Shown here in pieces: positions 13,424 through 22,869 of a stretch of DNA of 64,000 bases. Every line of letters starts with the position of its first letter. Within the stretch, counting starts at the first letter, position 1. The notes below the pieces were generated by a model, which ran no database searches, was not told where the DNA came from, and was given only the letters and a program-made list of their open reading frames with translations. This DNA comes from Planctomycetota bacterium (GTDB taxonomy: Bacteria > Planctomycetota > GCA-002687715 > DRQF01). Position numbers and translations under genes: made by a program. Location: the NCBI GenBank assembly GCA_036479435.1, contig JAZGFI010000271.1, positions 1 through 64,000 on the forward strand. Direction: 5' to 3'.

Positions 13424-15223
13424 TCAGGGACTCTCCGCGTCTTCTTTCCCCCTACGACTTGCTCTCAGACGCTTCACGATGGCTTCCAGGTTGTCATCGC
13501 CGAGGCCGCGGCTCTTGATGGCCGCGATCTCTTTTCGGTCCCGCTCGCGCTCAAAAAAATCTAAAGCCCCCAACAACTGATCCCTGAGGGCTTCCAAATC
13601 GCGCTCGCTCGACAGCAAGAATTCGTTGAGCAATTCGCGCCCCTGAAGATCTTCGACTCCCAGAGACAAGGCAGGGATATCAATCTCGCCACCCGAACCC
13701 TTGGCCTTCAAGATTCTCTCGAGCAAGGCGCGGTGAGGCTCGAGGATGACATCACCTGGCTGGAGTCGCTGGGCCCAGTTGGTCCCCTCAGCTCCGCCCC
13801 GCAACAATGCCCTTAGCAACTGCCGCTCTGCTCTTCTTTGGGCTGGAGCCACAGTCTGCATGGGCTCGGAAGGCCCCGATTCTGGCTCGAGGCCTGGCGC
13901 TGGGCTGGGCCGAGACCGCGGGGCCTTGGTGCGTGCCCGGTCGAGCAAGTCCCCGCGCCGAAGCCCAAGCTCGCGTGCGATGCGGTCCAAAACCAAGCCG
14001 CGCTTGACCGGATTTGCAACCGCGTGGGCCATCTTCAGCAACTCGTCGGCCGCTTGGGCGACGCCAGATACGTTGCTGAGGTCCGAACGTTCCCGGACTT
14101 CGGCCAAGACAAATTCGAAGAAGTCTTCGGCCCCGTCCTCGATCGTCGCAAATCCCTCTTTGCCGCGCTCCAAGAGAAAGTCGCAAGGATCCTGTCCGGC
14201 CGGTAATCGACTAATCTGGATCGACGCATCCACCGAGCAAAAGAGCTCCGCTCCTCGCTCGGCCGCCTTACGTCCAGCAGCATCGCCATCATAAACCAAC
14301 ACGACTCGATTGGTGTAGCGCGTCAAGACTCGCGCGTGCTCTTCGGTGAGACTCGTTCCGAGCGTCGCGACGCATCCTTTGGCGCCGACCTGACCCGCCA
14401 TCACGACGTCTGTGTAGCCCTCCATCACAAACACGGGCTCGCCGAACTTGTGACTCCGCAAAGACTCGATTCCGTAAAGAGACTTCCGCTTCGAAAACAC
14501 CTTGGTCTCGGGAGAATTTAGATACTTGGGTTCGCTACCGTCGAGGCACCGGCCGCCAAAAGCGATGACGCGATCTAGGCTATCTCGAATTGAAAACATC
14601 AGGCGATCGCGAAAAGCGTCGTAGAGGCCCGGCCCTTTCTCGCGGCGTTTCGCCAGCCCCGCATCGGCGAGGAGATCTTCGGGGATGTTGCGCTGGACCG
14701 CGGCATCTACCAAAAATGACCAGCCCTCAGGAGCGTATCCAATTCCAAATTTCTCCCACTGTTCCGGTCGAATACCGCGCGACTCAAGATAGGCGCGACA
14801 ATCTGCGCCACGTTCGCCGAGGAGTTCTCGGCGAAAGAAGGACGCGGCCCATTTGTTCGCACGATGCAGATCTGTCTTTTGTGGTCCGCTGGGAGCACGG
14901 GTCGTACCACCTTTGACTTCGTCAAACTCGATCTCGATGCCGGAGCGATCCGCGAGGATTTCCGCGGCTTCGCGAAACTCGACCCGATCCATGGCAATGA
15001 CGAAGTCAAAGGCCGATCCCTTTTTCCCACACCCAAAACAATTGTAGCTGCCGTGATCAGGACTGACGGTAAAGCTGGGGGTCTTTTCGTCGTGAAAGGG
15101 GCAAAGGCCCTTCCAGTTCTTCCCGCTGCGTTTCAACGACACATAGCTCTCGACGAGACTCACGATTTCCGTAGCGTCGCGAATTCGGACGAGAGTCTGT
15201 TCGCTGATGCGCCCCGTTCGCAT
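13424..15223 (-). CDS. dnaG: DNA primase
   Basis: CPFHDEKTPSF...CFGC zinc finger, FGGR, KYLNSPET, EGYTDV, GTSLT, YDGDAAG TOPRIM. Confidence 0.97.
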   Translation of the reverse strand: MRTGRISEQTLVRIRDATEIVSLVESYVSLKRSGKNWKGLCPFHDEKTPSFTVSPDHGSYNCFGCGKKGSAFDFVIAMDRVEFREAAEILADRSGIEIEFDEVKGGTTRAPSGPQKTDLHRANKWAASFFRRELLGERGADCRAYLESRGIRPEQWEKFGIGYAPEGWSFLVDAAVQRNIPEDLLADAGLAKRREKGPGLYDAFRDRLMFSIRDSLDRVIAFGGRCLDGSEPKYLNSPETKVFSKRKSLYGIESLRSHKFGEPVFVMEGYTDVVMAGQVGAKGCVATLGTSLTEEHARVLTRYTNRVVLVYDGDAAGRKAAERGAELFCSVDASIQISRLPAGQDPCDFLLERGKEGFATIEDGAEDFFEFVLAEVRERSDLSNVSGVAQAADELLKMAHAVANPVKRGLVLDRIARELGLRRGDLLDRARTKAPRSRPSPAPGLEPESGPSEPMQTVAPAQRRAERQLLRALLRGGAEGTNWAQRLQPGDVILEPHRALLERILKAKGSGGEIDIPALSLGVEDLQGRELLNEFLLSSERDLEALRDQLLGALDFFERERDRKEIAAIKSRGLGDDNLEAIVKRLRASRRGKEDAESP

Positions 15224-16137
15224 CAACCTTGGTCCGCGAGTGACGACACCGCCCGGTCCAAAATCAAGAAAATCTCAGGGCTGAGGCTCTCGGCGCGTTC
15301 GCGCCCACTTAGCTCGGCCGCTTTGAGCACTTCCGCCACCGCGTCGGCGTCGAGCGGGCCTCCCATCTCAACCGGCAAGCGCTTGAGAAGACCGCCAATG
15401 GTCTTTCGACGCGCGCTAAATAAGTAGCGCATCAATCCGTAGGCGCGGATAACCGGCACGGGGTCTAAGCCCTTACTACTAGTCACCACGATTGCTGAGT
15501 CGACCTGAGGCCTCGGCCAAAACACCTCACTGCTCAGAGTACGATCGCGCGTCACGTCCATTAGCAGCGCAAAGATAATTCGCAGCGGGCCATACTCTTT
15601 CGACCCGGGTTTCGCGACGAGCGAATCTGCGAGTTCTTTTTGCACCAACAAGACCATTCGATCTGGCGGTCCGAACCTCAGAATCAAAGAGGTCAAGAAC
15701 GGAGTCGAAATATTGTAGGGCAAGTTCGCGACGACCTTGAAGGAGTCGAGGTCTGGTGCCACGAGGCCCACATCCAGTTTCTCAACAACTTCAGAGTTGA
15801 GCTTGGTTTTCGCCTCCAGGACGTCCCCGTGAACGAGGCGGATATTGCTGCGGCTGCCAAGCAAATCGCGGCTTAGGTTATAAAGCCCCTCGTCAATCTC
15901 GACGGTCACCACGAGTCCGGCGAAATCGGCGAGTCTTCGAGTGAGGTTTCCGGGACCAGTACCGACCTCGAGGACGAGGTCTTTTTCACCGAGTTCACCA
16001 AGCCGTGCGATGACGTCGAGCAGCCGCGGTTCAATCAAAAAGTGCTGCCCAAAACGCTTCGAGGGGGAAAGACCTCGTTCTCGCAGCAAGGCCCGCAGTT
16101 CGCGAGGCGATTCCGGATAGCTGAGAGACCCACTCAT
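15223..16137 (-). CDS. rsmA: 16S rRNA dimethyladenosine transferase
   Basis: KRFGQHFL, VLEVGTGPG, VEID, ANLPYNI, QKE, FWPRPQVDS, RRKT. Confidence 0.95.
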   Translation of the reverse strand: MSGSLSYPESPRELRALLRERGLSPSKRFGQHFLIEPRLLDVIARLGELGEKDLVLEVGTGPGNLTRRLADFAGLVVTVEIDEGLYNLSRDLLGSRSNIRLVHGDVLEAKTKLNSEVVEKLDVGLVAPDLDSFKVVANLPYNISTPFLTSLILRFGPPDRMVLLVQKELADSLVAKPGSKEYGPLRIIFALLMDVTRDRTLSSEVFWPRPQVDSAIVVTSSKGLDPVPVIRAYGLMRYLFSARRKTIGGLLKRLPVEMGGPLDADAVAEVLKAAELSGRERAESLSPEIFLILDRAVSSLADQG

Positions 16138-17744
16138 GACTGTTTTCGAATCTCGTTGATGAGTTCTACAAGGCGATCCTTCAGCCACAACGGCTCAGAT
16201 CTCTCAAAGGCTCGTTCCAAGTACGGTAGCGCGCTTTGACCTGCCGCGACCAGCGCCCGCCGCGCCGGGCGAACCCGAGTCAGCCAATGCACCGGGTCTT
16301 GCCACCCGAGATCGGCGATCAGAGGTAAGATACGCCTTTGCCGCCGGAGCTCTGATTTCGTGACCACGCAGCGAAACCCGAGATCCCAGCTTGCGGTTTC
16401 TGCGTTCTCCAGCCGTTCCAAGGGCTCGTTTGCGCCGCGGATCGCGGTGCGAAAAGAACCGCCACGCTTAAGGTACTCGCGTTCCCCGTTTTCGAGGTTG
16501 GCGCGAGCCGAAAGCAAGCCGGAATAACGCTCCTGCCAGCTACGAATGAGATTGAGCCGGTTTTCGATTCTTTCGCGTTCCAGCCTCAAACCTTCTGCTT
16601 GCTCGAATTCCAGGACACTGAGGAGGCCCATACCCTGCGAGATATCGATTGCGGCGCCATCCCCCACTCTCCAGGGATCAGGCCCCAGCAGCAGCTCATC
16701 CGCGGCATCGAGAAAAGTGTGAGTGTCCAGCTTGTAGTGACTTAAGAGCGACAAGTCCGCGTCAAAAAACTTCAGGTCTTGGGCGTCGGCATCATCAATC
16801 ACAAAAAGCAGCCGAGGGTCGATCGCTTCGTAGCTCAAGGGATCGGCGTAAAGAACTTTGGCCGAAACGAGCTTAGTGTCAAAAATTTCGAGGACATACT
16901 GCGCGTCGCTGACGGTCGTCCCGAATTGCTCTAGGCGGAATTCTTCTTGCGGTACGAGCGCAAAAAGAAGCTCAAGAATGCCGGTGCCACTCTCGGAAAT
17001 CGCTAGCAGATCATCCGAAGAACTAAGGTAACTTCGCCGCGCTGGCAGCTCGTAGAATGGGGGCCAGTCATTCAAGAGTTGCAAGCTGGCTCTAAGTTCA
17101 CCGTGGTCGCGATCGTAGTCGGCGTCGGTTTGAAAGCGTGGGTTGCGAAAAGCGTCGTGGAAGGTGCTATCGGTCCACTCCCAAACATTGCCCACCATGT
17201 CGTAGCAGCCCACCGCGCTCCGCCCCTTGGCGAAGGTACCAACGTGAGTCACGCCGTGACCGACGAAAGCGCGGTTCTCCCAGGCCTCGATCGTGTTGGC
17301 TGCGTAGTCAAAGCCCGAACCCCAAGGCATCGCCGAACCACTGGGACCCAAAATCGCCAGCTCCCATTGGGCGTTCGTCGGGAGCGCCTTGGAGTACCAC
17401 TTCGCGAATCCCTGAGCCTCATCAAACCTGACCAGACGCATCGGAAACGACGACGATCGCGGCAAGCCGACGAGCAGATCGAGGGGATCGGCAACACCGG
17501 CCTCATCGGCGTAGTCCTGCCATGCTCCCTCAGTGACCTCGAAGCGATCGATCCAAAACTCCTCCAGCCCAAAGGCGAGGAGCGACTCTTCAAAATCCGC
17601 GTTCGAGATTTCGACCATGCCCAGAGTGGAGACCGGGACTAAGGCGGGCGGCGCAGGTTCGGCGAGCGCCGCCCAAACCGCTAGAGCAACCGCGATAAGA
17701 GCGACGAGCCCGAAAGCTGCCCCGATACCGCGGCGCCGCGTCAT
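16134..17744 (-). CDS. Membrane-anchored formylglycine-generating-enzyme (SUMF1/FGE-sulfatase) fold protein with a large insertion
   Basis: FWIDRFEVT, LPTNAQWE, PWG, YDMVGNVWEWT ... RGGSF ... LGFRCV; N-terminal TM helix. Confidence 0.8.
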   Translation of the reverse strand: MTRRRGIGAAFGLVALIAVALAVWAALAEPAPPALVPVSTLGMVEISNADFEESLLAFGLEEFWIDRFEVTEGAWQDYADEAGVADPLDLLVGLPRSSSFPMRLVRFDEAQGFAKWYSKALPTNAQWELAILGPSGSAMPWGSGFDYAANTIEAWENRAFVGHGVTHVGTFAKGRSAVGCYDMVGNVWEWTDSTFHDAFRNPRFQTDADYDRDHGELRASLQLLNDWPPFYELPARRSYLSSSDDLLAISESGTGILELLFALVPQEEFRLEQFGTTVSDAQYVLEIFDTKLVSAKVLYADPLSYEAIDPRLLFVIDDADAQDLKFFDADLSLLSHYKLDTHTFLDAADELLLGPDPWRVGDGAAIDISQGMGLLSVLEFEQAEGLRLERERIENRLNLIRSWQERYSGLLSARANLENGEREYLKRGGSFRTAIRGANEPLERLENAETASWDLGFRCVVTKSELRRQRRILPLIADLGWQDPVHWLTRVRPARRALVAAGQSALPYLERAFERSEPLWLKDRLVELINEIRKQS

Positions 17745-18448
17745 TTCTGATTCAAGATGACAATATCGACGCGGCGGTTCTTGCGGCGGCCGGTTTCGCT
17801 GTTGTTGTCTGAGACCGGACGCTCGGCGCCGTAGCCGGCATAGGAAACTCGATCGCGCGACAGGCCACCTTTAGTAATCAGAAAGTCAGCGACGTTGAGC
17901 GCGCGGCTACCCGAAAGCTCCAAGTTGCCGCGCGGGAAACGACTCCGTTGCCGAAGGATGGGCACGTTATCGCTGTGACCCTCGACCCGAATCTTTTTGC
18001 CGGTGGTGGCGACCCGTTTCGCAATCTGCAACAAGAGCTCGCGACCGCGATCGCTGATCTCTTCACTCGCGGTCTTGAAGGCGAGATTGCCAGCTAACGA
18101 AAAGGCGGGGCCTTCCGGAGTGTTGCGGATCTGAATGTCCTTATCGAGATTCGAAAACTTCTTGCGCATACGAGCAAGCTCCGCGCGAAGACCGCCGACA
18201 TCGTCCGCCGCCGACGCACGCCGACGCAAGCGACCGAGTTCGACTTCGGCGAGCTCGTAGCGACTCGTGATCCGCGTGATTTCCGACTTCGACGAAGTCA
18301 GCTCCTGGCGGAGCTTTCGAATGACGGAATCTTGGTTTTCGAGCTCGGTGCTAGCCGACTCATAGCGCTCATTTGAAACGCAAGATGTTCCGAGGCAGGG
18401 CAAGATCGTCAGCAACCCAACAATCAACAATTTTCGAGGCAAGTTCAT
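17741..18448 (-). CDS. OmpA/MotB-family peptidoglycan-binding lipoprotein
   Basis: Lipobox-like GTSC, coiled coil, VEGHSD, NLELSGSRA, GYG...P, NRRVDI. Confidence 0.9.
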   Translation of the reverse strand: MNLPRKLLIVGLLTILPCLGTSCVSNERYESASTELENQDSVIRKLRQELTSSKSEITRITSRYELAEVELGRLRRRASAADDVGGLRAELARMRKKFSNLDKDIQIRNTPEGPAFSLAGNLAFKTASEEISDRGRELLLQIAKRVATTGKKIRVEGHSDNVPILRQRSRFPRGNLELSGSRALNVADFLITKGGLSRDRVSYAGYGAERPVSDNNSETGRRKNRRVDIVILNQK

Positions 18449-18683
18449 CGGTTTGTTCTCCCCAACTACCGATCTTTTTTGATCTTAATTATGTATCAGC
18501 GAACCGGGACATTGACCACGTCACTCCAAGATAAACGCTCAAACCGCCACAGTCGATTGGCCTTTGATCGGCCCTTAGTGACCGATCTAATTGGCAAATG
18601 CGGACCGCGAAAAGACAAGCCGCCTGGCGCGAAGCGGCAGGCGGCCCGAATATCGAATCCAAATGAAATCGAAGAAACTGAAC

Positions 18684-19364
18684 TTAGTTCTTCGACAGCA
18701 TCTCGCTGGCTTTTTCCGCGATGCCCTTCGTGAAGGAGGACTGCTGATTGGTGGCAATATCCCACCAAACGGCACCCGCGTAAATCATGATGATCGAAGT
18801 CAAAACAAGGGTCGCAGCCCACAGCGCGCTGATCTCACCCTTTTGCTCTTCGGCCCGCTGAAGGATCTGAGTCGAACGGCCTGTCGTACGGCGAAGGGTC
18901 GTCGTACGCCCGCCTGCCGCCGCGCCAGCTGCTGCCGCCGCCGCTTCAGGCACCGCTCGCGTGACCTTCGTCTTGGACACCGGACGAGCCGAGGACGTCT
19001 TGTTGCGCCCCTTGCCTTTGCCCTTCTTGCCCTTTTTGGAGGGTTTGTCTTCGATGAAGGTCTCTTCACTCGAAATGGGCGCGGTCGCCATGCCGATTTC
19101 TCCGTCGTCGATGTCGAGATCTTCGATCTCCTCGTCGAACAACAGATCGTCGGTCAGCGTATCGCTGCTCTCATCCTGAAACTGGATGGTCTTGCCCGTG
19201 TCCTGCTTCAGTTTTTCGATGTCTTCGCGCTTGAACTTCATTTTGTCCGCATCGCGGAAAGCGCGGATTTCGCCTTCGGAAACGAGTCGCTTCAGGTCGT
19301 CCTCGCGGAGCCTGAGCTCACTCAGAGCCTTTTCGAGCGAGATGAATTCTTCCTTGTCGGCCAC
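18684..19364 (-). CDS. Helix-turn-helix (excisionase/MerR-like) protein with C-terminal TM helix
   Basis: FISLEKALSELRLREDDLKRLVSEGEIRAFRD...KFKREDIE; acidic then basic linker; TM LWAATLVLTSIIMIYAGAVWW; GTG with GGAGG RBS. Confidence 0.75.
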   Translation of the reverse strand: MADKEEFISLEKALSELRLREDDLKRLVSEGEIRAFRDADKMKFKREDIEKLKQDTGKTIQFQDESSDTLTDDLLFDEEIEDLDIDDGEIGMATAPISSEETFIEDKPSKKGKKGKGKGRNKTSSARPVSKTKVTRAVPEAAAAAAGAAAGGRTTTLRRTTGRSTQILQRAEEQKGEISALWAATLVLTSIIMIYAGAVWWDIATNQQSSFTKGIAEKASEMLSKN

Positions 19365-19549
19365 CAAAAACCTCCTGGTCGGGGACGTCCACTTCATGTG
19401 TGGGACGCAGTTTACGATCTGCACACCCCTTTTGAAAAGACCCGAAAATTTCCTAGTTTCGGCGCCTTCTGGGGTCGCGAAAAAAAACGAAGGCCAAAAT
19501 GGCCACCAAAGCCCGAAATCAGGCCCTCAGGGCCCAATCGGGTAAGAGC

Positions 19550-20005
19550 CTAAGAACCTTCAGTCGCCTTCTTGGGCTTTACAGACTTTTCCTTTTCTGG
19601 CTTGATCGGAGTGGCCGGGCCGAAGTCTGCATCGTCGGTCAAAGGCGTCGCGTCCTGGCCAGTCAAGTACTTACGGTAGTTTTCCTTCAATTTCATGGGG
19701 CGCATGCTCTGCGGGGATTCGTCCCGGTAACTCATGAGCTGAAGGTCCGTCTCAATCTGTCGGGCCGCAACAAGTTCGACCCCCCGCCCGTTGCGGCTGG
19801 TGTAAACCGCGAGTTGCTTGGCGCGGGTATCGATGATGTAGAGCACGCTGGCGCCCGATCCGTAGGTGCCCGTCACCGCGATCATGTCCGCGTTGCTGTT
19901 GGCGGTGCCCTGGGCCCGGATCGAATCGCGATCACTCCACCACATGAGCCCACAGGCGAGCGTCAGCACGCAGATAAGCGCGGTTTTCCAGTCAAATGAT
20001 GCCAT
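19550..20005 (-). CDS. Hypothetical exported protein
   Basis: N-terminal hydrophobic helix, GAGGAG RBS, collinear with neighbours. Confidence 0.7.
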   Translation of the reverse strand: MASFDWKTALICVLTLACGLMWWSDRDSIRAQGTANSNADMIAVTGTYGSGASVLYIIDTRAKQLAVYTSRNGRGVELVAARQIETDLQLMSYRDESPQSMRPMKLKENYRKYLTGQDATPLTDDADFGPATPIKPEKEKSVKPKKATEGS

Positions 20006-20056
20006 CTTGCCTCCTCGCGGGCGTCCTGCCCGATGTTCTATGCTCAGATTCAAATC

Positions 20057-21637
20057 CTAGGACGAGACTGCCAAAGGCAGCGTGAATCGAAAAGCTGTTC
20101 CTTTTCCCAAGGCTGAATCGACGGCCAAAGTGCCGCCGTGCCCGGTGATGATGTTGTGCACGATAGCTAGGCCTAAGCCAGTACCTTCGGTGCCGGGCTT
20201 CGTCGTAAAGAAAAGATCGAAGATTTGGTTGCGATTTTCTTCATCCATGCCGACCCCGTTGTCGCTGACGCGAAGCTCGACAAACTTACCCTCGACGCGG
20301 GCCTGAACCTCAATGCGGCCAGCCTTGCCCTTCAATGCGTCGAGGGCGTTGATGAACAGGTTCAAAAAAACCTGCACCGCCTCTTGGGCATCAACCAAAA
20401 CCCTAGCGTCGATCGCATCGTCACGCAGCAGCTCAACCGACTCGGTCTCGAGTCGGTGCATGACCAAGGCTTCGGCCTTGTCAATCAAGCTCGACAACTC
20501 GAAAGCCGCTACTTTGCGCCCTCGCGGCATCGTGTCCAAAAGCCGTCGCACCGTTACTTGGATGCGTTGGGCCCCGTCTTCGGCTAGACGCAGGTAACGC
20601 TCGCGCTTTTCATCGCTGATATCATCGCGGCCGAGAGTCTTGAGTGCATTCAGCATGCCACCGAGGGGATTGTTGACTTCGTGGGCTACGCCCGCGGCCA
20701 AGCGCCCCATCGCGGCCAAACGCTGCGCCACCACGAGGTGCTGCTCGGCGTTCTTGATGCGGTCTGTCGCGTCGCTGACTAAACCCTCCATGTGCTGGCG
20801 GTAGCGCAGTAGCTCCGCCTTCATGAGGTTCATCGCTCGCGCCACGCGGCCCAATTCGTCGCGCCGCTCGGCGAAGGCGACCTTCGTTTCATAGTCGCCC
20901 TGTGAGGTCTTCAGCGCGGCGGCCTCAAGAGCCTTGAGCGGCTCGAGAACTGACTGCCGGAAAGTGAAAAACAAAAAGGCCAACAACAAGGCCGTACCAG
21001 GGATGATAATCCACGCCAAAGCGCGGATGGTCGCTCGGGGGTCGAAACTCGAAGGCGCCGGAGCCTTAAGTCGAAAGTAAAAACCCCAGTTCTTGTTGCC
21101 GCCTGGCTTTTCAATCGTGCCATAGACGATGCGCCGTCCCTTGGCGTCGAAGTCGTCGCGAACCACCAAAGGAGCCTCCGCGATCAGTCTCCTGACCTTC
21201 ACCGGATCAAAGCCATCTTCGCCCTTTTCGAACATGAATTGCGGGCGCACATTGAAGGGTAAGATCCCCTCGGTATCCGTATAGCGGATCAACACCGCGC
21301 GGTCGAGATGGTCGCGAACGAGCGGATCATCATCCCAATAGGGAAGCAGCCCAATGTCGATGGCCAAGGATAGGGGGTCGTCTCGAAACGAGTCATCCGA
21401 TGAGCCCGCCAAACCATTGGAGCCGCCCTTCACGAGGGCAGAAGCCAATTGCGACTCGATGTCGTTTTTAAAAATAAGGCCCAACAAACGGCCGGTCCGA
21501 TCGGCCACGGTCTGACGCTCTTTGTTGAATAGCTTCTCGATGCGTCGCGACTCAAAAGTGAGGTAGCCGAGCAACAGCGCCACTGAGACCGCAATCACCA
21601 GCAAAAAGACGATAGCCATGCGGCGGCGAATCGACAT
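20057..21637 (-). CDS. HAMP-domain sensor histidine kinase (NtrB/PilS-like)
   Basis: Two TM helices, HAMP (DELG), AHEVNNPL H-box, NLFINA, DNGVG, FFTTK, GTGLGL. Confidence 0.93.
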   Translation of the reverse strand: MSIRRRMAIVFLLVIAVSVALLLGYLTFESRRIEKLFNKERQTVADRTGRLLGLIFKNDIESQLASALVKGGSNGLAGSSDDSFRDDPLSLAIDIGLLPYWDDDPLVRDHLDRAVLIRYTDTEGILPFNVRPQFMFEKGEDGFDPVKVRRLIAEAPLVVRDDFDAKGRRIVYGTIEKPGGNKNWGFYFRLKAPAPSSFDPRATIRALAWIIIPGTALLLAFLFFTFRQSVLEPLKALEAAALKTSQGDYETKVAFAERRDELGRVARAMNLMKAELLRYRQHMEGLVSDATDRIKNAEQHLVVAQRLAAMGRLAAGVAHEVNNPLGGMLNALKTLGRDDISDEKRERYLRLAEDGAQRIQVTVRRLLDTMPRGRKVAAFELSSLIDKAEALVMHRLETESVELLRDDAIDARVLVDAQEAVQVFLNLFINALDALKGKAGRIEVQARVEGKFVELRVSDNGVGMDEENRNQIFDLFFTTKPGTEGTGLGLAIVHNIITGHGGTLAVDSALGKGTAFRFTLPLAVSS

Positions 21638-21654
21638 CAGCGCTGCGGACCTCC

Positions 21655-22800
21655 TTAGACGGCTTCTTGCAGCTCCAGTAGAGGCAAGAAGAGTGAAAGC
21701 ACGATAAACCCTACCACGACGCCCATGACGATAATCAACAGGGGTTCGAGAATGCTCAGCATGGCGCCAACCGTCGAGTCGACCTCGTCGTCGTAGCGGT
21801 CGGCGACCTTCAATAGCATGCGATCGAGCTCTCCGGTCTCTTCGCCGACGTCGACCATGTTTACGACCATGTCGTCGAAAACTCCGCTTTCGCCGAGAGG
21901 TTGGGCGATGCTTTCACCTTCGCTCACGCTGTTTTTTACTTGCTCCACCGTGCGCTTCACGACCTCATTGGTGCTCGTGCCGCGGACGATGTCGAGGCTC
22001 TCCAAAAGAGGCACGCCGGATGAAGACAAGGTGCCGAGGGTCCGAGCAAATCGCGAGACCTGAGTCTTGCGAATCAACAGGCCAAACAGTGGGATCTTTA
22101 GTTTCAAACTGTCGGTAAAAAACAGACCCTTCGGCGAGCGCCGAATGAGCCGCCAGATCCCAACGATGGCTAAGGGAATAAGCGGTAACATCCACCAGTT
22201 GCTGGCGAGGCCCTTGCTGGTACTGATCAGAAACTGCGTCGGCGCGGGCAGATCGCGCCCAATCCCTTTGAAGATGTCTTCAAATTGCGGCACGACGACG
22301 ACCATAATGAAAGTCAAGACAGCGGCGGCAAACAGGACGATGAAAATCGGGTAGGCCAAGGCTCCCTTCACCCGGCGCGTCAGTTTGTCGGCGCGTTCCA
22401 TGAACTCGGCGAGGCGTCGGAACACCTCGGTGAGCATCCCGCCAGCTTCACCGGCGCGGACAATGTTGACGTAGAGATCGTCGAACACCTTCGGGTGCTT
22501 CGCAAAGGACTCGGAAAGCGGGCTGCCGCCTTCTACGTCTTCGCCGACGGCGCCCAAAACGTCCTTAAAACGTCCGGGCTGCATTTGACCTTCGAGGATT
22601 CGCAAACTGCGGAGCACCGGCAGTCCCGCGTCCTGCAAGGTTGCGAATTGGACTGAGAACTGAGTTTTCATGGCTCGAGAGACGCGCGAGCTGCCAAACT
22701 TAGATTTCTTCTTCTCAGCCCCACCGGCAGCGCCCTGGCTCTCGCCTTGCTTGGCCGCGGTTTTGAACTTGTCGCGACGTTTTTTGAGATTGTCAACCAT
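21655..22800 (-). CDS. pilC: Type IV pilus / T2SS inner-membrane platform protein (PilC/GspF)
   Basis: AGLPVLRSL, GSPLSESF..HP.VF, AGEAGGML, ALAYP, GEETGELD, LEP. Confidence 0.9.
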   Translation of the reverse strand: MVDNLKKRRDKFKTAAKQGESQGAAGGAEKKKSKFGSSRVSRAMKTQFSVQFATLQDAGLPVLRSLRILEGQMQPGRFKDVLGAVGEDVEGGSPLSESFAKHPKVFDDLYVNIVRAGEAGGMLTEVFRRLAEFMERADKLTRRVKGALAYPIFIVLFAAAVLTFIMVVVVPQFEDIFKGIGRDLPAPTQFLISTSKGLASNWWMLPLIPLAIVGIWRLIRRSPKGLFFTDSLKLKIPLFGLLIRKTQVSRFARTLGTLSSSGVPLLESLDIVRGTSTNEVVKRTVEQVKNSVSEGESIAQPLGESGVFDDMVVNMVDVGEETGELDRMLLKVADRYDDEVDSTVGAMLSILEPLLIIVMGVVVGFIVLSLFLPLLELQEAV

Positions 22801-22869
22801 CGTTGGTCCTGTTGTCCTCGATCCAGTTTATTCGCGACAGCGCACCCGCAAGGGCACGAGGTCGCACGC

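Noticed and set aside
16476..17165. Intein in the FGE-like protein
   Set aside because: No N-terminal Cys block, no terminal His-Asn and no LAGLIDADG motif
18591..19553. 320-aa plus-strand ORF
   Set aside because: Antisense to the HTH gene, which has an RBS and a recognisable domain; Arg-rich GC artefact
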